Source: Sporopachydermia quercuum (Eukaryota). Taken from it: 64,000 nucleotides of DNA. Below are positions 10,807 to 22,415 of the stretch, one piece after another (the first letter of the stretch is position 1; every line of letters starts with the position of its first letter). The notes under the pieces are model-generated. The model was given only the letters and a program-made list of their open reading frames with translations. It was not told the origin of the DNA and ran no database searches. The stretch is taken from positions 1,736,001 through 1,800,000 of the forward strand of contig BCGN01000002.1 in NCBI GenBank assembly GCA_001599295.1. Direction: 5' to 3'. Both the position numbers and the translations under genes were made by a program.

Positions 10807-12558
10807 TCATGATTCCTTTGCCCGTTTAGCTGTTTCAGTATCGCTAGTGTCGTCAAACAATTCATCATCTTCCAGAGGCCTTTTAATAGAAGAACCCTCA
10901 GATCCAATTGGGGAAAATGTATCTGTAACAGTATTTAGATCGTCATCTAACTCATCATCCAGATCTGGAACATTCGAAGGCAGGCCAATCGATTTGTTAC
11001 TCTCTTTATTGGGATCTTTGAAACTTTCATTATTAGCCAACTCAGCTTCGGGGATATCAATAAGGATTTCTTGAGATTCTTGAGCCAAAATACTGGTATC
11101 GGTTGAATCGGGTTCCTGAGAGATTCTTTCTATGGTATTACTATCAATGCCTTGAGCACTCTGATTATCCTCTCCTTCAACCTCTCTAGCAATAACCCTC
11201 ACATTCTCAGCTTCTATATTTTCAGTCAAATCATTACTTATTTCATCTGCCTCGGTTTTCTCTTTTGATATTGAGTCATCTTCATCATTATCCTCAGGAT
11301 CACCAGTATTATCATCGCCAGAAGCACTTTCTTCTTTTTCCTGGCCACCTTCTTCATCATTTGAATCACTTATCTCTACAATCTCGTTAGCAGCCCTACC
11401 ATTTATATGTTTCTCATAACTCTCTTCCTCTTCCTTCTCGACTTCTTCGTCGTCCTTGTAATCAATATTTATCACCTCATTCACACCTTCAAACCCCTTT
11501 CCTGAAGCAATTAGGTTTTGTATACGAGAAAAACTAGTACTAAATCTTCTTTGAGTATAAATGTTGATCGTTAACTCCTTTGGTATAGCGTTGTGTGCTG
11601 AACTACTGGCTAGTCCTTCAAATAACTCAACAAAATTCCTGAACTGGCATTGCTGGGCAAAAGCATTGTCCTCACTAATTGTTATATCTAAAGATATGAA
11701 CTGAGCAACCAATTCATCACCACCCAAAAATATTTCAGAGAACTGATATTTCAAGTAGGTAAAAAAATTTGTCATAGAACCATTTAATAGCAATAGCGAA
11801 ATAGCCGTTTCAACTCCATCTTCATCTTCGGTTATACATGGAAGTTCTTCCATNGGCTGTGAATTTGTTAACTTACTCGGGAACAGCAAGCAACGGAAAT
11901 TCTCAATCTGAAGTATCACTGGTACTTCCAATCTGTTCATAAGGTTCAATTCACTAGAAAATTTACTCGATTCGTTGGAAAAATCAGATAACCCTGCCGA
12001 TTTGATATCGCTTCTCTCTTCTGAATGAACTGCGGTGGCATCAGTGATGGTGCTTGAAGTAATTTCCTCAGCTTCCGAGTCTGTTTCAGGTCTTAACGAG
12101 TCATCTTTCAGAAATATTGGTCTATTCATATTCCCATCTTCCTCCTCTTCGTCTTCTTTTTCTTCAGCATCTTCCACTTCGACTGTTTTTCCTTCTTCTT
12201 CTTCTTCTTCTCCTTCGTCTTCCTCAAAATACTTCTGATTGTCGTTTAGTAATACCTGCTCTTCATTATCATGTATATTCAGCTCATTTCCAACATCATC
12301 GCCAACATCTATCTCAGTATCATCAATTGTCTCCTCATACTCTAGTTCTGCTTCTTCTATATTGGCTTCTTTGATTTCTCCAATATCGCTTTCATCATCA
12401 AGTTGTTCGTCATTATTGTTCGCAACAGTGTCTACTCTGATTTCATTCTCATAAGTAGTAGTTACTACAACATCTAATGGTTCTTCTGCTATCTCCATTT
12501 CTTGATCAGGAATAGCTTCAGAAAGATGAACCTCGATTGGTTCTTCCTCGATTTCCAT
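10807..12558 (-). CDS. RMR1: Rmr1-like acidic protein (DUF2420 family)
   Basis: Very acidic flanks around a conserved-looking core (PVILQIENFRCLLFP..DELVAQFISLDITISEDN..RRFSTSF..GKGF); near PDE1 as in S. cerevisiae. First ATG is 12558; the frame stays open upstream. Confidence 0.65.
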   Translation of the reverse strand: MEIEEEPIEVHLSEAIPDQEMEIAEEPLDVVVTTTYENEIRVDTVANNNDEQLDDESDIGEIKEANIEEAELEYEETIDDTEIDVGDDVGNELNIHDNEEQVLLNDNQKYFEEDEGEEEEEEGKTVEVEDAEEKEDEEEEDGNMNRPIFLKDDSLRPETDSEAEEITSSTITDATAVHSEERSDIKSAGLSDFSNESSKFSSELNLMNRLEVPVILQIENFRCLLFPSKLTNSQXMEELPCITEDEDGVETAISLLLLNGSMTNFFTYLKYQFSEIFLGGDELVAQFISLDITISEDNAFAQQCQFRNFVELFEGLASSSAHNAIPKELTINIYTQRRFSTSFSRIQNLIASGKGFEGVNEVINIDYKDDEEVEKEEEESYEKHINGRAANEIVEISDSNDEEGGQEKEESASGDDNTGDPEDNDEDDSISKEKTEADEISNDLTENIEAENVRVIAREVEGEDNQSAQGIDSNTIERISQEPDSTDTSILAQESQEILIDIPEAELANNESFKDPNKESNKSIGLPSNVPDLDDELDDDLNTVTDTFSPIGSEGSSIKRPLEDDELFDDTSDTETAKRAKES

Positions 12559-13988
12559 TGTACGTTGGCTAGAAACTGCTTCTATTCCGATATGTGTATA
12601 AATTCTGTTCTTCTTAAAAATCGCAAACAAGCTTCGGAGGGATATAAATATACTTGAGCCTATATTGTTAGTCTTACCTTTAAATAAGTTAGTAAAGCAA
12701 AAATAATGGGTTACAGCTATATAGTTTATAATTGATTATCGTCGTAAAAATTAATAATGTGGACTGTCTGTTGAGATATCAACTATTGATGATTGCTTCT
12801 TTTCTTCTCTTTATTTTATTTCACAGATTTTATAATATGGCTATTGGCACTTGCTAGGTGATGTTATTGAATACTATCAAATGGGTATCAGTCAATTCAA
12901 ACAACAGTAGTTGCCAGAACAGTATAGTATTCTCTGATTATCAACAGGAAGAAAACCTATCGCCACTCTCTCTTGAATCTCTCTTGAATCTCTGAAATCT
13001 ATCAATCTAATTAGCAAACTAGATTTGAGTGATTGCTGTTACACAGTAGAATAATATATCTAGTATAAGGTTCCCAACACATTAAATCAAATAGATTGGC
13101 TTAGAACACTAATTAATCATCAAATAAGGCTGACTGTTGGGATTAGTTTCGGTAAGCTATTGATGTAATGTAATACTGGTCTTAATTAGGTGTTTTTAGC
13201 CATTCACCTTTGTTTACTTGTTTGTTACTTCGTACTGCCTTGCATGTTCTTAGATAATCTGTTTTAGTATAGCATATCAATGTTGACAAGATAAAAAGAG
13301 ATGAAATACAAATGATAACAATAAAAATGAGAGAAGAAAGATGAAGAAATGGCAATCAATTAATTGCGAAGAAAAGAATTAAAAAAAGGACACAAAGATT
13401 ATTGAAGTGGACATGTGAAAAATGTGTAAGATAAGTATAAGGTTTCAAGTTATACATGTTCCTTGCATATATTGTGCATAAAGGTGAAGCAGTCCAAGTA
13501 ACCTGGAGTAATATTCGGAGTGTATTGTAAAGAATATAGATAGTTTACTACTTGCAAAGTAAAACAGTTATAATAAGGTCAAAGTCTAATAAGAAAAGTA
13601 ACAACAAGGATTTTCAATTCTGTGATGAACAGTAATTAGTTACCTTGAGGTGGCTATCGCTGAATAAGCCACACCTGAGGGAGTTCCTTAGATTAGATAG
13701 TGCATGTTGATATACAATACACAATCCCATGTGAAGTAGAAAGGAGACAATATATAGAGATGAATACTATGATCATCATAGATCATTGTAAAATGATCAC
13801 TCAAACAGAGTTCTCCAAAACATGTTTATGTTAGTAAATCTCTGAATGTATCCTTCTGGGCGTTGAAACTGTCAAGAGTTCAGGGAGCATAATTCATTCG
13901 ATGAAGCATCTAATATGACTTTTAAAGTTCAACTGGCTCTGTTGCTTCTAACAAAAAAAAAATCAAAGTATTATACTTACATACTTCA

Positions 13989-14972
13989 TCATTCATTCAA
14001 GTACTCTATTGCAATTCCTCGTAAGAACTCATCGTCAAATCTCATATGCTCTCCAGGGGTTGAGACAAAAACCAGCTGTTCATTCTCATCCAATTTTTTG
14101 AGCCCAATCCAATCTTCTATATACAATAATCTCTGCCTTAGAGATATCACATTGTCATTTATTGAATCTGTATCTCCAAACCAAGAGCTTTCTTTAGGAA
14201 TCACTGTTTCATCATCTTCAAACATGATCATCACAAGTTTGTCGATTGAACCTAAATTATCACGATATGTTGAATTTTTTACCAGTCTTTCGTTATTTAC
14301 ATCTGCTAAAAAATTAGAATGTTTCAAATAGTTCTTCAAATCGTTAGAATCACGGAAATACTGAGCAGATAGCACCTTATTTTGAACATAATCTCTCCAC
14401 ACTTGACGTTTAAGAAACGCATTCTTTTGTTTACATAGGAAGTCATCCGCTTTACACCCTGGTATCTCAGAAACACCATTATGAGGTGAGCCAAATGTAA
14501 TAAGATTCCTAATTGGCGGATTATTGCATCGTTCCACATATGCTCTGAGAAAAAGCCCACCTTGAGAGTAACCAATGGCATCAAATCCATTAGAAAGCTC
14601 AGGAATCTGAGCTAATTGGTTACACACAAGTTCCACCTGATCATTTATGACGCCTAAAAATCCTGCCTGTTGATCTTGCTTAGGATCTTCTGAGATATAA
14701 ATTGAATGAATGAATTTATCTGGGTAGACATCATTTATCACACTTGCTGATTGTTGCATAGAGGAAGAGTTGTACCAATCACCCATCCCATGCCAAAATA
14801 CTACAGGCCTTGAGAATGATTTTGAATTATCCAGATTACCTAAAATCTTCAAATCTTCGCTATTAGGTATCTGGCCTGGAACGTCGTTTCCATCGTTACC
14901 GCCTGGAGTCAATCCAGGGTATTGGAGCAATTTATGAACTAAGTCAATACTAAATGACCAGGGTATGTACAT
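13989..14972 (-). CDS. Palmitoyl-protein thioesterase 1 (alpha/beta hydrolase); N-terminus uncertain
   Basis: PVVFWHGMGD, GFDAIGYSQGGLFLRAYVERCN, ITFGSPHNG, DETVIPKESSWFG, LYIEDWIGLKKLD, GEHM (Ser-Asp-His triad). Confidence 0.92.
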   Translation of the reverse strand: MYIPWSFSIDLVHKLLQYPGLTPGGNDGNDVPGQIPNSEDLKILGNLDNSKSFSRPVVFWHGMGDWYNSSSMQQSASVINDVYPDKFIHSIYISEDPKQDQQAGFLGVINDQVELVCNQLAQIPELSNGFDAIGYSQGGLFLRAYVERCNNPPIRNLITFGSPHNGVSEIPGCKADDFLCKQKNAFLKRQVWRDYVQNKVLSAQYFRDSNDLKNYLKHSNFLADVNNERLVKNSTYRDNLGSIDKLVMIMFEDDETVIPKESSWFGDTDSINDNVISLRQRLLYIEDWIGLKKLDENEQLVFVSTPGEHMRFDDEFLRGIAIEYLNE

Positions 14973-15435
14973 GATTGAGTGTTCGAAATCTGCAATTAGG
15001 ACTGAGAAAACACAGCATATGTCTATTTGTCATTTCAGGAACCTGCAATTCCTTTACTTTGGTGTTTAGGAATTCAACTTACTCAACTTACTCGGAGAAA
15101 ACCATGCTAACAAAACAGATCACCAGAAAGAAAGGCTCTGAATGATGGTAGATTACTGGTTAGCTTTCAAGTCTAACGCAGAAGTCATGCGGTTTATTAT
15201 ATCCTTGAAACTTTGTTATAACACAGATAAATGCAGTAATATGCTTATTATGCATATTATACATATCACATATAAACTATAAAACTTTTCATTTGGTGAG
15301 GATTTACTTCTCACTTTACAGACGATACAATTATAAACAATCTCTTCTGCTACTGTAAATAGTGTCTCCTCGTTTTGATGGCTCATATATAAAGTCAGTC
15401 TTTCCATGACCTTCGTGATAAATACTTGCATCAAA

Positions 15436-16354
15436 ATGACAGAACACGAATTAACTAACCAAAAATTGGAAGAAGCAGAAAAAGCCATTAGGTCATTGAT
15501 ACGGCATGTGAGGAAAGAAGCAAAGAAAAATGAACCAATATATTTGATAGTAACTCTGTATGAAAATATGGCAAAGAAAAGAGAGTTTATACCAAGAGTT
15601 ATGTGAGTATTGAGTATTTTTTTCTGCAATATCTTTGGATTTCAGGGTATTTTCAACTGTATGGCACAACTAACATAGCTTATATAGACCTATACCTCAT
15701 AAGCTAGGTAAAGCATCAGATAAAAAGATTTGTTTGATCACTAAAGATCCTTGTCATATTTATAGAGAACAGATTGTTAAAGAGAGAGAACCAACAGAAG
15801 ANATGTTTTGTGATATATTATCTGTAAAGAAACTGAAAGCAAAACTAAGATCATCAGGAATCAAGACTATACTAAATGACTGGGATATGATAGTAGCTGA
15901 TGAGAGAGTAATACATTTACTTCCGGAAGTGCTGGGTAAACCTTTCTATAAGTCCCATAAATTGGTACCAATGATGATAAGAATGCAACGAGTGGCGGAA
16001 GATGGTGCTTTTGATAGGAAAAAGAACGCTATGGTACCAAAGGAAGAAACACAAAAAGTTGATACAAAATACCTTGCTGCTCAAGTTAAATTTTTGGTAA
16101 AAGCAACATCTTTCACACCCAACGCAAGTACTACAGCGTCATTTAGAATAGGTTATAGTGATTTTGATGTTGACAAACTATTAGATAATGCGCTGGCAGT
16201 TCTAAAATTTCTCACTGATACATCGAAGACTAACGTTATTCAAGGAGGAGGTATTGTTAGAAATAAATTGAATGGAATTCATGTAATTCACGTTAAAACA
16301 CCAAATAGTGCGAGCTTACCATTTTTGAAGTGGGCGGATTATGAAAAGAAATAA
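15436..16354 (+). CDS. UTP30: Ribosomal-L1-domain ribosome biogenesis protein Utp30; 2 exons
   Basis: Exons 15436-15602 and 15688-16354; intron GTGAGT..AACTAAC..TAG. Motifs FIPRVIPIPHKL, ICLITKDP, VADERVIHLLPEVLG, IHVKTPNSASLP; next to a KTR gene as in S. cerevisiae. Confidence 0.85.
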
Positions 16355-17668
16355 ATAACTAGAATAAAGCATTTTAAAGAGAATGTAGTGTGATGATGAT
16401 ATGCAAAGGATGATTGCAGAGCAAGAGAGGGACAATCCTGCTAAAGCAGTAGGACTACCCTGCAAATCGATAAGATGATAATTCATCTAAGATCACTACC
16501 TGTTGTAGGATTCAAGGTGCTAGAATTTATGGATCAGAAAAGCAAGTTGTAATACACAATATCAAGATATTTGTCATCTCTTTTTGTTATCTCTTGTTAG
16601 AGGATTGTATCATGGCGTATGCATGATATGCTGCATTATAAATGTACAAGTTTCCTTCAGCTGTAATGCACATGAAATCTTAATTTGAAATTCTAGGGTT
16701 GACAATGTTTTGTTTGTCCTTTGGTTAATTATAGCGTTTAAAGCTGTCGCTCCTATGGCAGATAGAATGACAGTATCCATCATACAACTCCTTTTGCTAC
16801 TTATTCCTTTTAACTGCTCCAACAGTGTCAACACAAACACTTTTTAATTCTCTTTAATTTTCTATTTGTTAATTTGTGTTTTTAACTAGAATTGCCATAA
16901 AAATCAGGAGATCTCATAAGTTTTTGTAGTGTATTTATTATTTATATCAATTGCTTTAATTTGAGTAGTTTTCTTTCTCACCTGAAAACACCTTGACAGC
17001 ATATGAAAGTGAAAATGAAAAAAGTGTGATTATTATGAACATGTAAAACGATGCAATTATAACGAGATGTACATAAACATGCACAACCTGTCAAACTTTA
17101 ATTCACGTCTACCATTCTTGATTATCATCATATCTGTGCTTTCTTTTCACTTTTAAATTATTTTATAGTAGGATGTAAACTGATTTAATTTATTATATTA
17201 TCTCATAGTTTGGTATTCAACAGGAAATTGACGAGATTTGAAAGAGGATTGTCTGGTTGTACTACCAAAAGAATTTATGACAGTGTCATATAACAGTTCA
17301 TTCTTCTTTATCATTATCCTAGGTGACAAATGAAAAGTATCCTGAACACCAATAGTTTGACTATCTTCGATAAAAACAATCTACCCTAAGAGCTGCAGAC
17401 ATCATTGTAGCTGTCTCCAAAGAGAAAATCCTTATTAGAACTGAGAATTGTGGCCATTCGAGCTTTCAAGCATTTTTCAATTGAGACTGTCATAGAACAC
17501 ACAACCCTAGTGACTATAAATAGAAGATACAGCTTAGCACTAAAAGGATACTGAAATGATTCACAGGATATAACCAAAATCTTCATACTTTCTACATTGC
17601 TTTCAAAAGAGGATTCTAAGCATAGCTACGGGAGCTCACTTTGATTTATAAAGCCAATAAGCTCCAGA

Positions 17669-19159
17669 ATGCTGAGGTTTGGCACCAGAAGATTAGCCTT
17701 CTTGGTGGCATTGCTAATGGGTGTATTAGGTATAGCCTTATCTTATTTTAGACAACGGGAGGTAAGAATAATAATCTTTGATAGAATTGAAGAACCTATA
17801 CAGGAAGATTCTTTAAATTTGATTGAGCATGAAGATTTTTTCTCTGGAGATGAAGCTGACTTCATGTATAAGTATCCGTCTAATAGGGTTAATCATATTG
17901 ATGATTTTGCTGATTATGTTCCGTTTTTCAATTATCCAGAAAAGAATAGAACCCAGATAGGGAGAGAGAATGCAACTATTTATATGTTAGTACGTAATTG
18001 GGAACTTGATAGTGCCTTGAAATCAATGAGACGCTTAGAAGATAGGTTCAATAGAAAGTATAAATATCCATGGACGTTCCTGAACGACGTACCATTTACT
18101 GAAGAGGTATGTAACACATTTCTTGCATTGTGAATTATTTGACTGAAAATACAGTTGGCGAAAGAGAAAAAAAGATGATTAATGTTAAAATTTACTGATA
18201 GTTTAAAAAGCGGACAACTGCGATGGCATCAGGGAAAACTGAATATGCACAAGTTCCTCAGACTGACTGGTCTAGACCTCCATGGATTAATACTACTCAT
18301 ATGACCGAGCAAATGCGAAAGATGGTAGATGAGGATGTGATTTATGGTGGCAGCCTTTCATACAGAAATATGTGCAGGTTTAACTCTGGTTTCTTCTTTC
18401 GACAGGAGGTTATGATGAAATATGATTATTACTTCAGAGTGGAACCTGATGTGGACTATTTTTGCGATTTTAATTAGTAAGTATGATCTGGATGTACCAA
18501 ACATGATTGATTGGTTTGCATGAAGTTGGAAGTGTTAGCTAACAAACGTATTTTATTTTCTTTACTACAGCGATCCGTTTACATATTTACGTGTTAATAA
18601 GAAGAAATATGGATTTGTTATTTCATTGTATGAATACGAGGAAACTATTCCGACATTGTGGGATACTGTGGAAGAATTTATTGGTAATCAGTCCAATCAA
18701 CATTTACTAAAAGAGAATAACTCAACTAGCTTTTTGCTGGATAAATCTGCCGTGAGGAAAATGGATCCTATTGCTATAAGTAACTCTGACTATAATCTTT
18801 GTCATTTCTGGAGTAATTTCGAGATAGGAGATTTAAATTTCTACAGGTCAGAAGAATATATAAAGTTCTTTGAACATTTGGATCAAAAAGGTGGATTTTA
18901 TTATGAGAGATGGGGTGATGCCCCTGTGCATTCGATAGGTGTTTCCCTGTTTTTAGCTCCTTACGAAATTCATCATTTTTCTGATATTGGGTACTATCAT
19001 ACACCATTTCAACACTGTCCACAAGATAGGGAATCTTATGACAAAGGACGATGCATATGTCCAAGCGATAGGCAGAATTTTGATCTACTTGATTACTCTT
19101 GCCTACCAAGATGGTGGAGAACATCAGGTAAATATTTCCTCTCTCCTCCTAGCCCTTGA
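17669..19159 (+). CDS. KTR2: GT15 (KRE2/KTR family) mannosyltransferase, KTR2/YUR1 position by synteny; 3 exons
   Basis: Exons 17669-18106, 18202-18476, 18571-19159. N-terminal TM; RENATIYMLVRN, EDRFNRKYKYPWTFLND, SYRNMCRFNSGFF, YNLCHFWSNFEI, GFYYERWGDAPVHS. Family is certain; orthology inferred from the UTP30/RPB4 neighbours. Confidence 0.85.
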
Positions 19160-19611
19160 TCATGTTGAAAATGGATTAAAAAAAAAAAGAAAACAAAAGG
19201 CTGTGGAAGAAGATTGTCAAAAAGAAGAAAAGTAAACAACCAGAAAACGAATACGAAAAANGAACATGGGCTTCGGATTAATGATGCATATACAATTAGG
19301 TTAGTGAATTCAAAAAATAGACATACACTGCATGATGAACGCAATAAATTTATCTATCTGATAATAATTGTATTGTTCCTTCGTTGAGATGTTCAACAGT
19401 CTTTAGTAAACAAAGGACCATTCTATAATACACACTGTTGAATCTTTTATATATTTTATGTAAATTCTTAATGTAGATTTTTGATTATGTCTCCAAAATT
19501 ATGAGGCATTCATATGAAGCAACATATGAAGCAAATCCACTTCATGTCCAAATTCATATTCATATCGATGTCCATATCAGATGTCAATGATTATACCCAC
19601 TCTTGCTTTGA

Positions 19612-20357
19612 TTAAACGTTTGATGGCGTTTCCAATCTTCCCAATTGATCTAACAAAGCTTGCAATTCTTCATCACTTTTCTTTCCCACCAACGATGGGA
19701 TTAATGTTTTTGCTTCATCAGCATCATCGCATGATAAAGAACCTATGCAGATTGTGTTAGTACCTAATTTCTTACTACAAACATGTCATAAACATTTCAG
19801 CCTTTAGCTTTTCTATCACAGATAACTTCCTAATTAACATACCAAGTTGAGCAATTTCAAAAGGATGAAGGTTTTTATTCTCGGGAGATTTTAGCAGAGA
19901 TTCAACTGCGCTAACAGTCTGGTCATCTCTGAATCTAGCAAACATGTTCAAGTATTCCATTGACTTCTGCACTGCTCTGCTCGATGTTAGCATACATGTA
20001 GTTAACTAATAGAAAAACCTGTCTCAAATGGATATTGATATAACAAAATTCAGAAACAAGATAAAAATAGAGTACATACTCGTTTGAACTNGCAACAGTT
20101 TCAATTAGTGTTTCATCATCAATTGCATCATCAGAGATCCCTTCAAACTCCTTCCTTCGCTCTCTTAATGCTGCATTGATAAGAATTCTTGCTTCTGACA
20201 GATTCAAGGCAATCAATGGCTGCAGAGATCCATCATGTCCTATCTGTACGGTTTCAAATTCTGATCCTAATTGTAATGTTGCTGCATTCTCATCTTCCTG
20301 CACACGAGCGGCAGCTCTTTTGCGTCTTGGCTGAACTGTTGATGTTGAAACGTTCAT
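19612..20357 (-). CDS. RPB4: RNA polymerase II subunit B32 (Rpb4); 3 exons
   Basis: Exons 20357-20080, 19976-19843, 19742-19612; both introns GTATGT..CTAAC..YAG. Motifs [67 protein letters not shown]. Confidence 0.96.
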
Positions 20358-20932
20358 TTTTGACAGTCACACCCTCAACTATACTGTGGGACCTTTTTCC
20401 AGAGAAACCTCCGAACTCCTAAATACTAATAGCTTTTGACTGTATAAACAATTGTAGCCTTTAATCGATACAGGATATACTATATTGATTGTAGTTAAAT
20501 ATGCTTCACATATCCTTCCTTATATTGGCAATATTTGTGACTTTTCACATATCAGCTAGATATAGAAACAGGTGTTCGGGTGAAAATATCAAACCTCACT
20601 TCAGGAATCAATCAGAACAATTTGAGAGGGGAACACACAAGACAAGAATTCACTCTCAAGTTCAACATATGGACGGGAATTTATATATGAACTAAAGAGA
20701 ATATGAACAAAAAATAAACAGAAAACGAACAGAAAATGAGTGGAAATTTGGGAGATTGATATCAGAGAAGATCTAATATAGAGATGGGGCTGCTCGAGGA
20801 GCATGGAGTTGAAATGGCCATCGAATAAAGTGAGAATGAATGCATAACCCTACACTAGAATTGAAATTATNATGATGAAATTTTTGATTTCTTTATAAAT
20901 GTATTACGATACTGACACAAGACATTATTCGT

Positions 20933-21761
20933 TTAGAACTTCTTGAATTGCTTGTTGGAAGCACCAGCGGCAGGGATGACCTTCAAGACGTTGAATCTGA
21001 CAGTCTTGGAGATAGGTCTGCATTGACCAACAATGACTTGATCACCATCATTGACACGGAAAGCAGGGGAAACGTGAGCAGCTAAATTCTTGTGTCTCTT
21101 TTCGTATCTGTTGTATTTGGAAACGTGATGGAGATATTCTCTTCTGATGATGACAGTACGATGCATCTTAGTGGAGACAACGGTACCAGTCAAAATTCTA
21201 CCTCTGATGGAGACTTGACCAACGAATGGGCACTTCTTATCAATGTAGTGTCCGTAAATGGCTTCAGTTGGGGTCTTGAAACCGAGTCCGACTTCCTTAT
21301 ACCATCTCTTGGTCTTTCTGTTGACCTTAGCCTTGGTGTTTTGGAAAATGTGAGGTTGCTAAAAAATCGTTAGTTTGCTATTCTGAAAAACTGTCAGATA
21401 TTCTATGAATTTCGAAATAATGTTCAAATGTAAATGCCTCCTCTAAAAATATGTACAGTCTCCCATGTCGATCGACGGATTCTCTACTACTTCCGTCTAA
21501 AAAATAACTTCTACTCTTTTAGAAATGTCGTAATACTTGTTGGTTTCAAAATCCGATTATCTTTCAAAATCTTTCAGCCTTCTCACTGCTTGTCGTAAAG
21601 GATCCATAGTCTTTCGTTTGATACAGAGCTGCCCTTGTAAGATCAATTTTTTCCCATTTCAATACCCCATTCACATTATCTCTAATTTCAACCCAAGTTG
21701 TAAATATTGAACATACCTTTTGGTAAGCACGTTCAGCTTGGACGTTCAATTCGGTAGCCAT
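20933..21761 (-). CDS. RPS11: 40S ribosomal protein S11 (uS17); 2 exons
   Basis: Exon 21761-21717 ([15 protein letters not shown]); 358-nt intron 21716-21359 GTATGT..AACTAAC..TAG; exon 21358-20933 ([30 protein letters not shown]). Confidence 0.98.
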
Positions 21762-21982
21762 TGTTGATAAGTATTTGATTCACTACTGATCCTAAATGTC
21801 GTTGATGAATTCGATTATAATATGTTTATAAGCAATATAATGTATATATTATAAGTCTGTTCGAAGTAAGAAGGATAACAGTATATCAAACTAGCCTGAG
21901 TCAGTAACAGTATTGCGTGTATCAGACTTTCCACAATACAGAGACGAACCCTGGCCTCCGCGAATGTTGAGTGGGTTCGGCA

Positions 21983-22104
21983 TAGTCACACAAAAAAAGT
22001 GAAAGTGAAAAAGTTGAAATACTTAAGATGTAAAAATTACCACATTGGGGAATAGTATTAAAAACTATTACAAAATGGTTGCAACCCCATATATAAACAC
22101 GTGA
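21983..22104. promoter_or_regulatory. RPS11 upstream motifs: Homol-D-like TAGTCACA and Cbf1-type TCACGTG
   Basis: TAGTCACA at 21983-21990 (one mismatch to CAGTCACA); CACGTGA at 22098-22104. Confidence 0.35.
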
Positions 22105-22415
22105 TATGATATCCCTATCCAACATGATTATTTTATAAGTTTAATCTTTTAGATACTGCTAATAATTTACATTAACGAAATAAGTGGATATCTAATCTGC
22201 ACTTAGAACTAGATGTAATTTAGTATTATAGACTACCAAAATCTTCCTTTAATATCTGTGTGTTAGCTACAGGAATGAATGGTACCTTCCAGATGATATG
22301 TGATGTGATATTTCATTTGATTGTTAGTACATAGCCAAAAACTCAACACATNAGGACTCTTTGCAATGTGGAACAACAGAAGAAATATGTATGGATAATA
22401 ATATATTAGTGATAG

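Noticed and set aside
16385..16499. C/D snoRNA-like segment (GTAGTG/CACTAC stem, GTGATGA)
   Set aside because: No CTGA D box at the 3' end; lies in the UTP30 3' UTR
21945..21980. tRNA T-arm-like CGAACCC/GGTTCG
   Set aside because: No cloverleaf, acceptor stem or A box can be built
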